A DNA stretch of 63,513 nucleotides, filler included, from a bacterium (GTDB taxonomy: Bacteria; JALSQH01): the NCBI GenBank assembly GCA_026985515.1. It is 8 parts of 8 records of this genome, joined end to end, with 100 filler letters (N's around TTAATTAATTAA, not from the genome) between each part and the next. Parts side by side here need not be neighbours in the genome. Positions count along the whole stretch, not along the records: positions 10,420 to 29,280 come from JALSQH010000024.1; 7 more parts are not named here. The stretch is one strand, 5' to 3'. Shown piece after piece: positions 13,171 to 23,017 of the stretch. Made by a program: the position numbers and the translations under genes. A model generated the notes under the pieces. That model was not told the DNA's origin, ran no database searches, and was given only the letters and a program-made list of their open reading frames with translations. Position 1 is the first letter of the stretch. Each line of letters begins with the position of its first letter.

Positions 13171-14517
13171 ATGTATGACCTGATAATCATTGGTGGTGGA
13201 CCGGGAGGATATGGAGCTGCTCTGCTTGGAAGCAAAAAGGGGCTGAGTGTCCTGCTTATTGAGGAAAACAGAATTGGTGGGGTTTGTCTCAACAGGGGAT
13301 GTATTCCAGCAAAGAGTTATATATCCATGGTGAAGAGTTATGGAAAGATTCTTTCATTGAGAAAACTCGGTATCTTTTCTGGTGATAATCTCTCACTCAA
13401 CTGGGAAAAAGCAAGATTGCAGAAGCGAAAAGTTGTGGATACCCTCGTCTCCTCTGTGGAGAAGAGTATAAAAAAGCAGGGCGGAGACATTGTTTACGGG
13501 AGTGGTAAACTTCTTTCACCGGGAGTTGTTGAGGCTGGATCTGAGGTATTTGAGGGCAAAAATGTGGTGATTGCCACAGGTTCCATCCCTTTTATTCCTG
13601 CAAAATGGGGGGATCTCCTGACTGGAGAGGGAGTGCTGGATCTTGAAAAACTGCCTGAAAAGGTGGTTATTATTGGAGGAGGAATAATTGGAGTTGAGAC
13701 TGCTTTCTGGATGAATGGGTTTGGAGTTGAGGTTGAAGTTGTGGAAATGATGCCGGTTCTTTTACCCCAGACAGATATTCACATTTCAAAGATTCTGGAG
13801 AGAGAATTCAAAAAGAGAAAGATAAAGTTTCACCTCTCTTCTCCCGTTGAGGATATAAAAAGAATTGAAGGTGGTTTCGTGGTGATCACGCCGGAAAGTA
13901 AAATAGAAACTGAGGATGTAATTGTTGCCCTTGGAAGAAGACCCTCAACTGGCTGGGAGGGGAAGTGTATAGATAAGGATAAAGAAGGGTGGATAGAAGT
14001 GGATGAATTCTGGCGGACATCCATGCCGGGACATTTTGCAATAGGTGATGTGACTGGAAAGGGAATGCTTGCTCATACAGCCTACTTTGGCGCTGAGCAG
14101 GTTGTAAAGATAATTACTGGTGCTGAAGCAGTGCCCTATGATCCCTATGTTGTACCCAGGGTGGTTTTTACTGAACCTGAGATTGCATGGGTGGGGAGAA
14201 GAAAGGTTGATCTTGAAAGGGAAGGGATAAATTTTGGCAGAGCAAATTTCCAGATGAGATGGACTGGCCGGGCGCTGGCTGAGGGAGAAATATCGGGGAA
14301 GGTGATAGTTTACTACGAAAAAGAGAGCAGGAAGCTTCTTGGTTTCCATGTAGCTGGTAGCGGTTCAGGGGAGTTTATACACGTCTGTCAGATGGCTCTG
14401 GCAGAAGGTCTTAGTGTTAATAAATTCGAAAAGGTAATTGCATCCCATCCAACATTTTTTGAAGCAGTTAAAGAAGCGGTATCTTCCATAGATGGGTGGA
14501 ATATTCATGGGGGATAG
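13171..14517 (+). CDS. lpdA: Dihydrolipoamide dehydrogenase
   Basis: GGGPGG, GGVCLNRGCIP redox disulfide, GGGIIGVE, HPT..E. Confidence 0.88.
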   Translation: MYDLIIIGGGPGGYGAALLGSKKGLSVLLIEENRIGGVCLNRGCIPAKSYISMVKSYGKILSLRKLGIFSGDNLSLNWEKARLQKRKVVDTLVSSVEKSIKKQGGDIVYGSGKLLSPGVVEAGSEVFEGKNVVIATGSIPFIPAKWGDLLTGEGVLDLEKLPEKVVIIGGGIIGVETAFWMNGFGVEVEVVEMMPVLLPQTDIHISKILEREFKKRKIKFHLSSPVEDIKRIEGGFVVITPESKIETEDVIVALGRRPSTGWEGKCIDKDKEGWIEVDEFWRTSMPGHFAIGDVTGKGMLAHTAYFGAEQVVKIITGAEAVPYDPYVVPRVVFTEPEIAWVGRRKVDLEREGINFGRANFQMRWTGRALAEGEISGKVIVYYEKESRKLLGFHVAGSGSGEFIHVCQMALAEGLSVNKFEKVIASHPTFFEAVKEAVSSIDGWNIHGG

Positions 14518-14520
14518 GGG

Positions 14521-15612
14521 TTATTCCAGCATATTCCATTGTAATATTTCATCTTCCTCAATATCCCTTGAAGCTTTTTTGCCAATTACTTCCCCCCAGA
14601 ATACTGGGGAAATGCCTGTCCCTGGCCTTTTTACTGTGATCTTGTCTTCAGTGATAATTTCTCCTTTTTTGATTTTTCTTTTTGCAACTATACTCCTTCT
14701 CGCGTACTTTCTTGAGTTTTGTTCAACTTCCAGAGGTTTTTTCACTCCATACCCAATGATCATTTTTAGCTTTTTTATTCTCTCCCGAAACTTCTTTATA
14801 TCTTCAGGATCCATGGCGTGATAATGGTCATTTCCTGGAATGGTTTTATCAAGAGTAAAGTGTTTTTCTATTATTGATGCACCCAGTAAAAATGCTGTGG
14901 TAAGTACTTCCATTTCAGGGTCAGGAGGGACGTGATCAGAATAGCCCACAACAAACCATTTAAAAATTCTGTTCAATTCTCTTATGGCTCCAAGATTAGC
15001 GTCCCCTGGATCTGTTGGATAGGAGAGAACACAGTGAAGTATTGAAATTTGATCGTTACCTTCTTCCAGGATCCAGCTTACTGCTTCCCATATTTCCGAA
15101 ATTGTTGCAGCTCCTGTGGAAAGGATAACGGGTTTTTGCTTGTGTGCTATTTTTTTTATGAGTGGTTTGTTAGTGATATCTGCAGATGCAACCTTGAATG
15201 CTGGTACAAATTTGTCCAAAACATCAACTGCTTCTTCATCAAAGGGGGTTGAGAAAAAATCAACATTGAGGCTGTTGGCATATTCTGCCAGCTGACCATA
15301 GTCGTCGTAATCAAGTTTGTCGTATTTTTTAAACAGTTCATATTGACTTTGGGTAGGTTCTTTTCTGGTGTCCCAGTAAGCAGGACTGTTTTTTGATGCA
15401 AGGGAAGATGCTTTATAGGTCTGGAATTTTACAGCATCTACTCCTGCATTCGCAGCTTCTTTAATCATCAGTCTGGCTGCAGTAAGTAAGTCAATATTCT
15501 CCTTTTTTGCAATATCGTAATAATTTACCCCTATTTCAGCAATGAGGTAAGGGGTATTATCTTCTTTTATGATTATTCTGTTACCAATTTTTATTTTTGG
15601 CTCCGGTAGCAT
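14521..15612 (-). CDS. Nonulosonic acid synthase (NeuB/SpsE family) with C-terminal SAF domain
   Basis: IAEIG.N, AVKFQT, STPFD, ILSTG, LHCV..YP, GYSDH, IEKHFTLD, ARRS...KRPGTG. Start placed at ATG 15612 after GAGGA. Confidence 0.95.
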   Translation of the reverse strand: MLPEPKIKIGNRIIIKEDNTPYLIAEIGVNYYDIAKKENIDLLTAARLMIKEAANAGVDAVKFQTYKASSLASKNSPAYWDTRKEPTQSQYELFKKYDKLDYDDYGQLAEYANSLNVDFFSTPFDEEAVDVLDKFVPAFKVASADITNKPLIKKIAHKQKPVILSTGAATISEIWEAVSWILEEGNDQISILHCVLSYPTDPGDANLGAIRELNRIFKWFVVGYSDHVPPDPEMEVLTTAFLLGASIIEKHFTLDKTIPGNDHYHAMDPEDIKKFRERIKKLKMIIGYGVKKPLEVEQNSRKYARRSIVAKRKIKKGEIITEDKITVKRPGTGISPVFWGEVIGKKASRDIEEDEILQWNMLE

Positions 15613-17263
15613 CTTTCCACTCCTCAAATTTTTCAATTATAAGTTTTTTTATCCTTTCCCTTCCTTTCCTGATTTCCCTTGCATAGGGGATAAGAAGAGT
15701 GTTCATCTGTTTTCTTTTATTATAGTCAGTGAGTAATTCTCTCACTACTTGCATGATTTCATTGTCTTTTAATTCAGAGGCGAGGCCGAGAAATTTTATA
15801 CCACGGCAGATTTTTGCAAAAGTATGGGTCATCTCTCTTGGATTCTGGGCTATTACCAATGTGGGGGTAGCGGAAGAAACTGCTTCATATACTGTTCGTC
15901 CATTTGAGGTAATGATTAGATCAGCCTCAAACATATATTTCGCCATTATCGGGGAACCACTTATCATTTCAATCTGATAACCTTTTTCTGACAGATTGAC
16001 GATTAAGTTTTTTAGTTCGTCAGTGTGCTTATACCCGAGTCCTGTGATTACTGTTACTCTAACATCTTCAGGGAGAATGTCGGGCAGGATTTTAATTACT
16101 CTTTTTGTAAGGTTTGAAGGGTCTGTTCCGCCAAAAGTTATAAGTATATTTTCTACTTTTTCCCGAATTGAATCCTTTATTGGAAACATGTAGAATTCCT
16201 CTCTGAGACATTCGTATCTATAACCAAAAAATGCATTTTCTTCTCTTCCGCTCCATTCATATAGAGCGTTTATTAAAAGATCTGCTTTTCTTGATCCACT
16301 ACCAACATCTTCAAAGTTCACCACGAAAATTCCTTTTTGTTTTAGTTTATCAATATATTTTTCCCCTGTGTCAAGAATATCGTTTATTAAAATATCCGGT
16401 GAAATCTGATCTATTTTTTTCAGAAGTTCATCTTCCGATCTATAGAGCTCAATGGGAAATGTGTGTTCTTTGAGTTTCATGTATCCAGGTTTTTTTTCAG
16501 GGTTCGTGAGAAAAATGACTTCATGCTCCGGGAACAGGTTAGCTATGGTGAGAGCTCTGTATATGTGCCCCAATCCCATTTCATGGGATCCCTCTGTTCT
16601 TATAGCTATTTTGAGTCGTTTCATAATTAGTTCGGCAATTATGAGCTGCTCCCAGCTGTCAATGTCCAGGCTTTCATCTTCATTCAGTGAGTATATACCT
16701 ATTTTTACTCCAAATCGTGAGCGATTTTTAAGGATTACATCTCTGTAAGTTATTACGAGTCCTCCAGTTTCTTCGTAAACTGGTTTGAGAAACTGTCTGT
16801 TTGCCCTTTCTTTATAAAAAGGGAAAAATTTTCCATTTGCTTCTATCCAGAAGAGATGCGTTTTTTTTCTAACAGATACAAGAGTGTCAAATTTTTCCTG
16901 CAAAAAGTAATTCAAAGCCTTTTCCAGCGTTGTTGCCTTCAGGAGGGGTGAAGTGGGCTGCAGGGTAATTATGATATCTCCGAAATTAATTTTACTGATT
17001 ACATCTATAATCACAGGCTCCAGTGTAACATTATCTCTGGCAAGTTCTTCTGGTCTCAGGAGAACCTCTGCACCATATATTTTTGCAACTTCCTTAATCA
17101 GAGGATCTTCTGTTGAGACAATAACTTTTGAATGAGGAATTTTTTTTGCAGTGGTTATAGCATAATAAATCATTGGTTTATCATTTATAAGCCTCAGATT
17201 TTTCCCGGGGATTCCTTTGCTTCCTCCTCTGGCAGGAATGATAATGAGAATTTCACCTTTCAT
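15581..17263 (-). CDS. Fusion: CMP-nonulosonate synthetase (NeuA/PseF-like) + PseG/SpsG-like UDP-sugar hydrolase
   Basis: N-terminal IPARGGSKGIPGKN, LQPTSP, DID; C-terminal G....GLGHIYR, ILITFGGTD. Confidence 0.88.
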   Translation of the reverse strand: MKGEILIIIPARGGSKGIPGKNLRLINDKPMIYYAITTAKKIPHSKVIVSTEDPLIKEVAKIYGAEVLLRPEELARDNVTLEPVIIDVISKINFGDIIITLQPTSPLLKATTLEKALNYFLQEKFDTLVSVRKKTHLFWIEANGKFFPFYKERANRQFLKPVYEETGGLVITYRDVILKNRSRFGVKIGIYSLNEDESLDIDSWEQLIIAELIMKRLKIAIRTEGSHEMGLGHIYRALTIANLFPEHEVIFLTNPEKKPGYMKLKEHTFPIELYRSEDELLKKIDQISPDILINDILDTGEKYIDKLKQKGIFVVNFEDVGSGSRKADLLINALYEWSGREENAFFGYRYECLREEFYMFPIKDSIREKVENILITFGGTDPSNLTKRVIKILPDILPEDVRVTVITGLGYKHTDELKNLIVNLSEKGYQIEMISGSPIMAKYMFEADLIITSNGRTVYEAVSSATPTLVIAQNPREMTHTFAKICRGIKFLGLASELKDNEIMQVVRELLTDYNKRKQMNTLLIPYAREIRKGRERIKKLIIEKFEEWKDATGAKNKNW

Positions 17264-17282
17264 GATTTTTTATTATACCAGA

Positions 17283-18530
17283 TCAGCCAGAATTTTTTCT
17301 ATATTTCCTGTAAAATATGAAACCAGTGGTAAGTGAAAGAGCTGCTGCTAAGATAGAAGATATCATTGTTGCAACGGCGGCTCCAGAATCACCCATTATT
17401 TTTATAAGCGTATAGTTCAAAAAAAGATTTGCAATAAATTTTGAGAGAGTGATTCCAGAGATATAAACTGTTTTTTTGTACCAGAAGTTAAATGTTGCTC
17501 CAAGGTAGTAAACACTTGTGATTGCTTCTCCCACGCCCAGAAAAACAAAAAATTTTGAAGCTGATGAAAAACTTTTTCCCAGATAATATTTGTAGTAAAA
17601 TGGGGAAAAGAACAGAAGGACGATAAAAAGGAATGCAACTATTCCAATTATTTTTACTCCAGTTTCCCAGACCTTCCTGTAATCTCCCTTTTTTATTCTT
17701 TCATATGCATATGGCACAAAAGCCAGGTGTATGGAGTTTGCGATCATACCAATAATTGAAGCATATGCATAGGAGACATTGTATAGTCCAACTGATTTTA
17801 CTCCTATCATATTATTGAGGAAAATTTTATCCGTGGAGGCAGCAAGAATTCCTGTCAAATTGTGAAGGATTAGAGGACCTCCAAAAAAAAGTAACTCCTT
17901 AATCTGAGAAGTTTTTATCTGCAGATCAACAAGTTTTTCTTTTAGCATAAAGTATATTATGGTAAGTCCCATAACTACATTTGCTATAAATATTCCTCCA
18001 GTTCTACCCTTCCATCCTGTGTAAAGAATTACAACAAGGTAAAGGGAAAGGCCTGCATTTAGTAGAGAAGATGTGTTTTGAAGAACAGCATAAGTTAAAG
18101 ATCTTTCTTCAACTCTTAATATTCCAAGATAAATTGTAGAAATTGTCAGAAAAAGCGAGTTTAACACACCTGCGACAAGCCATATGGTGGGGAGGGATAA
18201 AAAACTGGAGAGGGGGGAAGAAAATATCAGAGTTATGGTGACAAACAAAAGACTCATTGAAACACTTAAAATCAGTGCACCTCCAATATATGAAGCCAGT
18301 ATCTTTTTCTCAGTGTCATAGTAAAACCTCACAACAGCAGAGGAAGAATTAAGGCTGATTAGAGGAACAAGGATTGCCGTCCATAAAGTAAACATAGCGA
18401 TATGACCATAATCTTCAGGGGTTAATATTCTTGTTAAAATGGGTAGAAGTAGAAATCCTATCCCTTTATTTAAGAAGTTTGAAAAAGTGTAAACTAAACT
18501 GTGGAAAGTGAGTTTATTACGGAATTTCAT
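17283..18530 (-). CDS. Wzx-type oligosaccharide flippase
   Basis: About 12 TM segments; LLPILTRILTPEDYG, DKIFL...G...VGLY. Confidence 0.9.
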   Translation of the reverse strand: MKFRNKLTFHSLVYTFSNFLNKGIGFLLLPILTRILTPEDYGHIAMFTLWTAILVPLISLNSSSAVVRFYYDTEKKILASYIGGALILSVSMSLLFVTITLIFSSPLSSFLSLPTIWLVAGVLNSLFLTISTIYLGILRVEERSLTYAVLQNTSSLLNAGLSLYLVVILYTGWKGRTGGIFIANVVMGLTIIYFMLKEKLVDLQIKTSQIKELLFFGGPLILHNLTGILAASTDKIFLNNMIGVKSVGLYNVSYAYASIIGMIANSIHLAFVPYAYERIKKGDYRKVWETGVKIIGIVAFLFIVLLFFSPFYYKYYLGKSFSSASKFFVFLGVGEAITSVYYLGATFNFWYKKTVYISGITLSKFIANLFLNYTLIKIMGDSGAAVATMISSILAAALSLTTGFIFYRKYRKNSG

Positions 18531-19698
18531 TTATAAGTTTTTCCATAAGAGGGTATGTTTTTGCAATTGTTAAAATCTGTGATCTTGTTAAAATGTAACC
18601 AGCCTTTTTTTCATGTCTAATAAAATCTCTAATAACTTCTGCAAGCTTTGAAGGATTACAGATTTTCCTGTTGCTTTGATACCATAAGAGGTATCTGATA
18701 AGCTTTTCAGGGAAATAAGTGTATTTATCTTTGAAGGGTGAAAGTGCTAAAAAATTAAAGGATTTTGAGACTGCAAATGATCTACCATCTTCAACGATGA
18801 GAATGGAAGGCTTCAAAAGAGAGAGTGAAAGTATATGTCCATGTAACCTGAAGCCAATATGCATTTTGCTGTTGTTGTACCATAGAATCATTTTTTCAAG
18901 AGAATTTTCAGTGTCAATCCATTTAAGGCCATGGTTGTTTAAAAATTTTTTGAAACGTGAGGCATTTCTAAGATAAGTAATGTTATTCTCTGTTTCTCCG
19001 TAAATAGTTAAAAAGAGTTCACTGGTAGGGTGATGAAAAATAACAACAATATTATCAATTTCTCTCAGGTGAAGCAGGAGTTCTTTTATATAATCCATAA
19101 AAAAGCGATTGAAAAACATACGATTTGGAGTCGAAAAGAGAAGATAATCACCGTTATGCCTCAAAGGGATATCGTATGTGGAACTTTTAGAAATTTCAAC
19201 CACTTCCTCTGAATACATTGCAGGACAGCCGGTCAGGAGTAATTTCTCATCAAATATTTTTTTCAAAGTACGATATGAAACGATGTCTCTGACACCATGA
19301 TAGAAACCCTGGTTTTTTATAAAATTGAGAAACATTCTGGTTTCTTCATTGAAACTAACCGTGTTGCATAAATCTCTCCGATAATCATTATGGCCGATCC
19401 CGAATAGAATCACGGGAATATTATTTTTTATCACTTCGTCTATGTTAAGTGAAGGATATATCTCGGGAATCATATTATGCTGAAGAGCTGGTCCACCTGT
19501 GAGTAGTATTGCTTTGAAATTCTTTAAATTTTCTGGATCGATCGTTTCTCTTCTGTCGATTTTAAGTATTCTTTTATTTCCTTTTACTTTTGTAAATAAC
19601 TCAATTGCTCTTCTGGTAATAAGTTTATCTCCAACATTTCCGCTTCTTGTATCTCCTGTAAGAAAAAGGTAACTTTTTTTTGTTAATTTTTTATCCAT
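18517..19698 (-). CDS. Polysaccharide pyruvyl transferase family protein
   Basis: GNVGD, GVRD..S, TGCPA, IGFRLHGHI motifs. ATG 19698 preferred to TTG 19710. Confidence 0.8.
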   Translation of the reverse strand: MDKKLTKKSYLFLTGDTRSGNVGDKLITRRAIELFTKVKGNKRILKIDRRETIDPENLKNFKAILLTGGPALQHNMIPEIYPSLNIDEVIKNNIPVILFGIGHNDYRRDLCNTVSFNEETRMFLNFIKNQGFYHGVRDIVSYRTLKKIFDEKLLLTGCPAMYSEEVVEISKSSTYDIPLRHNGDYLLFSTPNRMFFNRFFMDYIKELLLHLREIDNIVVIFHHPTSELFLTIYGETENNITYLRNASRFKKFLNNHGLKWIDTENSLEKMILWYNNSKMHIGFRLHGHILSLSLLKPSILIVEDGRSFAVSKSFNFLALSPFKDKYTYFPEKLIRYLLWYQSNRKICNPSKLAEVIRDFIRHEKKAGYILTRSQILTIAKTYPLMEKLINEIP

Positions 19699-21521
19699 TT
19701 TTTGAACCAAAGTTCTGTTAAAATGACTTTCCAGATATATTCTGGATACTTACCATTACCCGAGATGAATTGAGTGTAATCCCTTATTATTTTTCGATGA
19801 TCCCAGAATAAGTGATTTTTGAAATCAGAACTTTTAAAAATTTCCTCTGCTATATTTTTCCCTTTATCAGAGAGAAGTATTGCAGAATCTGGTGTCTGGA
19901 AACCTATTTTGTCGATTCTTTTTCTAATCTTATCAGGTATAACGCCTCTCATACTTTTTCGGAGTATAACTTTTGAGATACCATTATTTATCTTTTCTCT
20001 TGTTGGAAGGGACAGAAGTAGTTCAACTACCCTGTGATCCACGAACGGGACTCTGCTTTCCACGCTCCACCTCATAGAATTTTTATCTTCAAATCTCAGG
20101 AGTTGAGGAAGGGAGGAAACTGTTTCTGCATATATGGATATTTCTCTAAAATTTCTCTGCTCCCATTTTAATGGAAGATTAAAAATTTCATGTTGGTGGT
20201 TTGTAAGATACTCATAATTTAAAAAACTTATTTCGTTTATTTTGTAAAGGGAAAGCCTTAAATTCCTGGGTAATAAAAGTATCAACAACCCTTTTGCTGG
20301 ACCTAAAGAATGATAGAGTTTCATGTACAATTTTATTTCCCTGCCGAGCTGAATAAAATAGCGATTTCCAAGAAGTTCTAAAAAGTAGTAGCTGAACAAC
20401 CAGTGGTATCCTCCCATCAATTCGTCACTGCCCTGACCATCAAGGAGAACCTTTGTTGCGTTTTCTCTGGCAAGCCTCATAACTCGATACTGACCATATA
20501 TGGAAAGTGTTTCAAAAGGTTCTTCCTGTGTCCAGATTAAGTCCTCAAGATCATCAAGAAGTTCTTTTTCAGTGAATGTGGTAGTGTATCTCTTCACTCT
20601 ACATTTTTTTTCAACTTCTTTTTGATAAGTGCTTTCATCTATTCCTCTTCCAGGGAAGATCAGTGAAAAAGCTGAAATTTCTTTTCCTTCTCCAAGAATT
20701 TCTCTCATAAGACACACAATAGAGGAACTATCAAGACCACCGCTGAGGCATGAACCAACAGGAACATCTGCAACAAGTCTTTTTTCTACTGCATCTTTTA
20801 AAAGATTTTTAAAATTTTCATGTGCATTTTCCCCCTCAATAAACCTGATTTTTTCCCTCACATCATAATATTTTCTCAGGATAAGTTTACCTTGATTTAT
20901 ATCAAAAATTGCATAAAAACCAGCTGGAAGCTGATTTATGTTTTTAAAAAAAGTTTCATCTCCCCAGTTCATCAGGTGAAATGCAAGAAATTGCAAAAGA
21001 CTTTTTTCGTTTACTTCTGCTGTAATTTCTCTACTGGCTAAAAGCCCCTTAATTTCTGAACTGAAAATAAGTTTTTTCCCGTCGTAGAAATAGTAAAGAG
21101 GCTTTATCCCAAATCTGTCCCGGCTTAAAAAAAGTTTTTTTTCTTTTGAATCGTAAATAGCGAAGGCCCACATGCCAATAAATTTTTCCAGAGCTTTTTC
21201 CCCCCACTGAATATAAGCTTTGAGAATAACTTCTGTATCTGTATTGGATCTGAAGGAAAACCCTTTCTTTATTAGTTGTTCCCTAATTTCCCTGAAGTTG
21301 TAAATTTCTCCATTATGAACAATACAGAATCGTTTCGTTTCGTCACACATTGGTTGTTTCCCTTTTTCTGAAAGGTCAAGGATGGATAGTCTCCTGTGCC
21401 CGAGGGAGACTCTATCATCTATGAATATTCCTTCGTCGTCCGGTCCCCTATGTTTAACTGCCTCATTCATAGCCTTTATTTTTTTTCTATCTGGCCAGGT
21501 TATTCCATTTATGCCACACAT
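19683..21521 (-). CDS. asnB: Asparagine synthase (glutamine-hydrolysing) family amidotransferase, probably glycan amidation
   Basis: MCGI, HRGPD, NGEIYN, LSGGLDSS, ESRVPF; lies within a glycan cluster. Confidence 0.93.
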   Translation of the reverse strand: MCGINGITWPDRKKIKAMNEAVKHRGPDDEGIFIDDRVSLGHRRLSILDLSEKGKQPMCDETKRFCIVHNGEIYNFREIREQLIKKGFSFRSNTDTEVILKAYIQWGEKALEKFIGMWAFAIYDSKEKKLFLSRDRFGIKPLYYFYDGKKLIFSSEIKGLLASREITAEVNEKSLLQFLAFHLMNWGDETFFKNINQLPAGFYAIFDINQGKLILRKYYDVREKIRFIEGENAHENFKNLLKDAVEKRLVADVPVGSCLSGGLDSSSIVCLMREILGEGKEISAFSLIFPGRGIDESTYQKEVEKKCRVKRYTTTFTEKELLDDLEDLIWTQEEPFETLSIYGQYRVMRLARENATKVLLDGQGSDELMGGYHWLFSYYFLELLGNRYFIQLGREIKLYMKLYHSLGPAKGLLILLLPRNLRLSLYKINEISFLNYEYLTNHQHEIFNLPLKWEQRNFREISIYAETVSSLPQLLRFEDKNSMRWSVESRVPFVDHRVVELLLSLPTREKINNGISKVILRKSMRGVIPDKIRKRIDKIGFQTPDSAILLSDKGKNIAEEIFKSSDFKNHLFWDHRKIIRDYTQFISGNGKYPEYIWKVILTELWFKKWIKN

Positions 21522-22921
21522 TTTTCTCCAACCTGTAAAATTATCTCAATCACTCTTTCGTAATCATAGAGGTTCTCAAAAGCCTGCAATATATTTTTCT
21601 TGGATGGTTCAAACTCAATATCAAAGAGATCTGGAATTTTGATAACTTTTGCCAGCTTCAATTGTATGAGTTCACTCATCAGGGAGGTAAAGGGTGAATC
21701 TATAATAAAGTTGTTTATTCCAAATGCTGCTGCTTCCCAGGAAACTGTTGAGAAATAAGTTATATGGGCATAAGCGATTGAAAGAAGTTCATATAGAGAG
21801 ACTTCATCATCAGTCACAGCATAAATATTTTTTCTCTTTAAGAGATCTTTGTAAGCAATTGTGTACCATTTTTTTTCTGCTGGGTGAATTTTAAGTATCA
21901 AAACGCAATTGTCTGGTATCTTTAGCTGAGAGAAATCTTCAACAATAATCTGCTCTGTGTCAATTTGTGTTGTTAAGACGTAAACCTTTTTCTTTGCTGG
22001 AATTCCGAGCTTCTCTAATTTCTTGTAAGCTTTTTTACGAAGCAGCTCCAGGTGTGTAATATTGTAGCTCAACCATGGATAACCACTTACAATAATTTTT
22101 TCTGGATCCCAGTAGGTACCATTCTTCACCATCACCTCTTTAAAAATCCTGCCCCATGTGAAGATGCATCCTGGGACCATTTTCGATAGATGTATTTTTT
22201 TATCACCGGTAACATATCCTGGATGTTTTAAATGAATGATCCCATGCTGAAGTTCAAAGTTGATAACTCCGTTTCTATTAGCTGCGTAAAAAAGAAATGG
22301 TTTTATTTCGTCATACCATGTGATAGATCCTATGATTGAAGGATTTTTGAGTTTTATTACTTTGTCAATGTATGTGGCAAGTATAACTCTTCTTGAAATT
22401 GTTCTTAATATTGCCGTTGCAACTTTTTCTGGCAGGTAGGGAGGAAGTTTGATAAGTGTTTTTAATGCACTTCCTGTAATGTCAGCGAATCGTGATAACA
22501 TTGGAAGATCATTGATTATTTTTTTCCCGGGGTAGGTTCTGTTGTTAGGATTGTAACTTATTACTGGTTTTTCCCATGTTTTAGGAAAGAAATCTGAAAA
22601 GATATTGAATGATCTTTCTTCATCATCTTTTCTTTCCACAGAGATCGGGGTAATAAACCAGTTTTTGCTGGAGGTAATGTTCATGAGATTGTTTTTCAGA
22701 AAAAATTTTGAGGTATTGAAAAATTTTTTAAGAAATTTAAGACTATTCCGGATCTTTTTGGGGGAATTGTCAGTGCTTATCCCAAAGTCAGAGTAAAGGA
22801 GATAAAAGACAGATTCCATCCGTGCTGCAGGCCAGGGTTTAAATCCCGCGAACTCATATTCCCAGAGATTAAAATCTTTTTCTACTTCACGGATAAAATC
22901 AAAAGCTTCATCAATTCTCAT
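21509..22921 (-). CDS. Putative GT-B glycosyl (nonulosonate) transferase
   Basis: ELQHG, KIHP (HP motif seen in bacterial sialyltransferases), ST...EA; first gene of the NeuB cluster. Confidence 0.55.
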   Translation of the reverse strand: MRIDEAFDFIREVEKDFNLWEYEFAGFKPWPAARMESVFYLLYSDFGISTDNSPKKIRNSLKFLKKFFNTSKFFLKNNLMNITSSKNWFITPISVERKDDEERSFNIFSDFFPKTWEKPVISYNPNNRTYPGKKIINDLPMLSRFADITGSALKTLIKLPPYLPEKVATAILRTISRRVILATYIDKVIKLKNPSIIGSITWYDEIKPFLFYAANRNGVINFELQHGIIHLKHPGYVTGDKKIHLSKMVPGCIFTWGRIFKEVMVKNGTYWDPEKIIVSGYPWLSYNITHLELLRKKAYKKLEKLGIPAKKKVYVLTTQIDTEQIIVEDFSQLKIPDNCVLILKIHPAEKKWYTIAYKDLLKRKNIYAVTDDEVSLYELLSIAYAHITYFSTVSWEAAAFGINNFIIDSPFTSLMSELIQLKLAKVIKIPDLFDIEFEPSKKNILQAFENLYDYERVIEIILQVGEKCVA

Positions 22922-22929
22922 GATATGTT

Positions 22930-22958
22930 ATTATAGAGTAAAAGGCAGCACATCTCAA
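22930..22958 (-). promoter_or_regulatory. sigma70 promoter of the leftward glycan cluster (near-leaderless)
   Basis: TTGAGA-17 nt-TATAAT, 8 nt before ATG 22921, no SD. Confidence 0.6.
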
Positions 22959-23017
22959 TGTGGAATTTTTGAATGAAAAACCAGTTTTCATATGATATTT
23001 AGGAAAAGGAGAATGAA

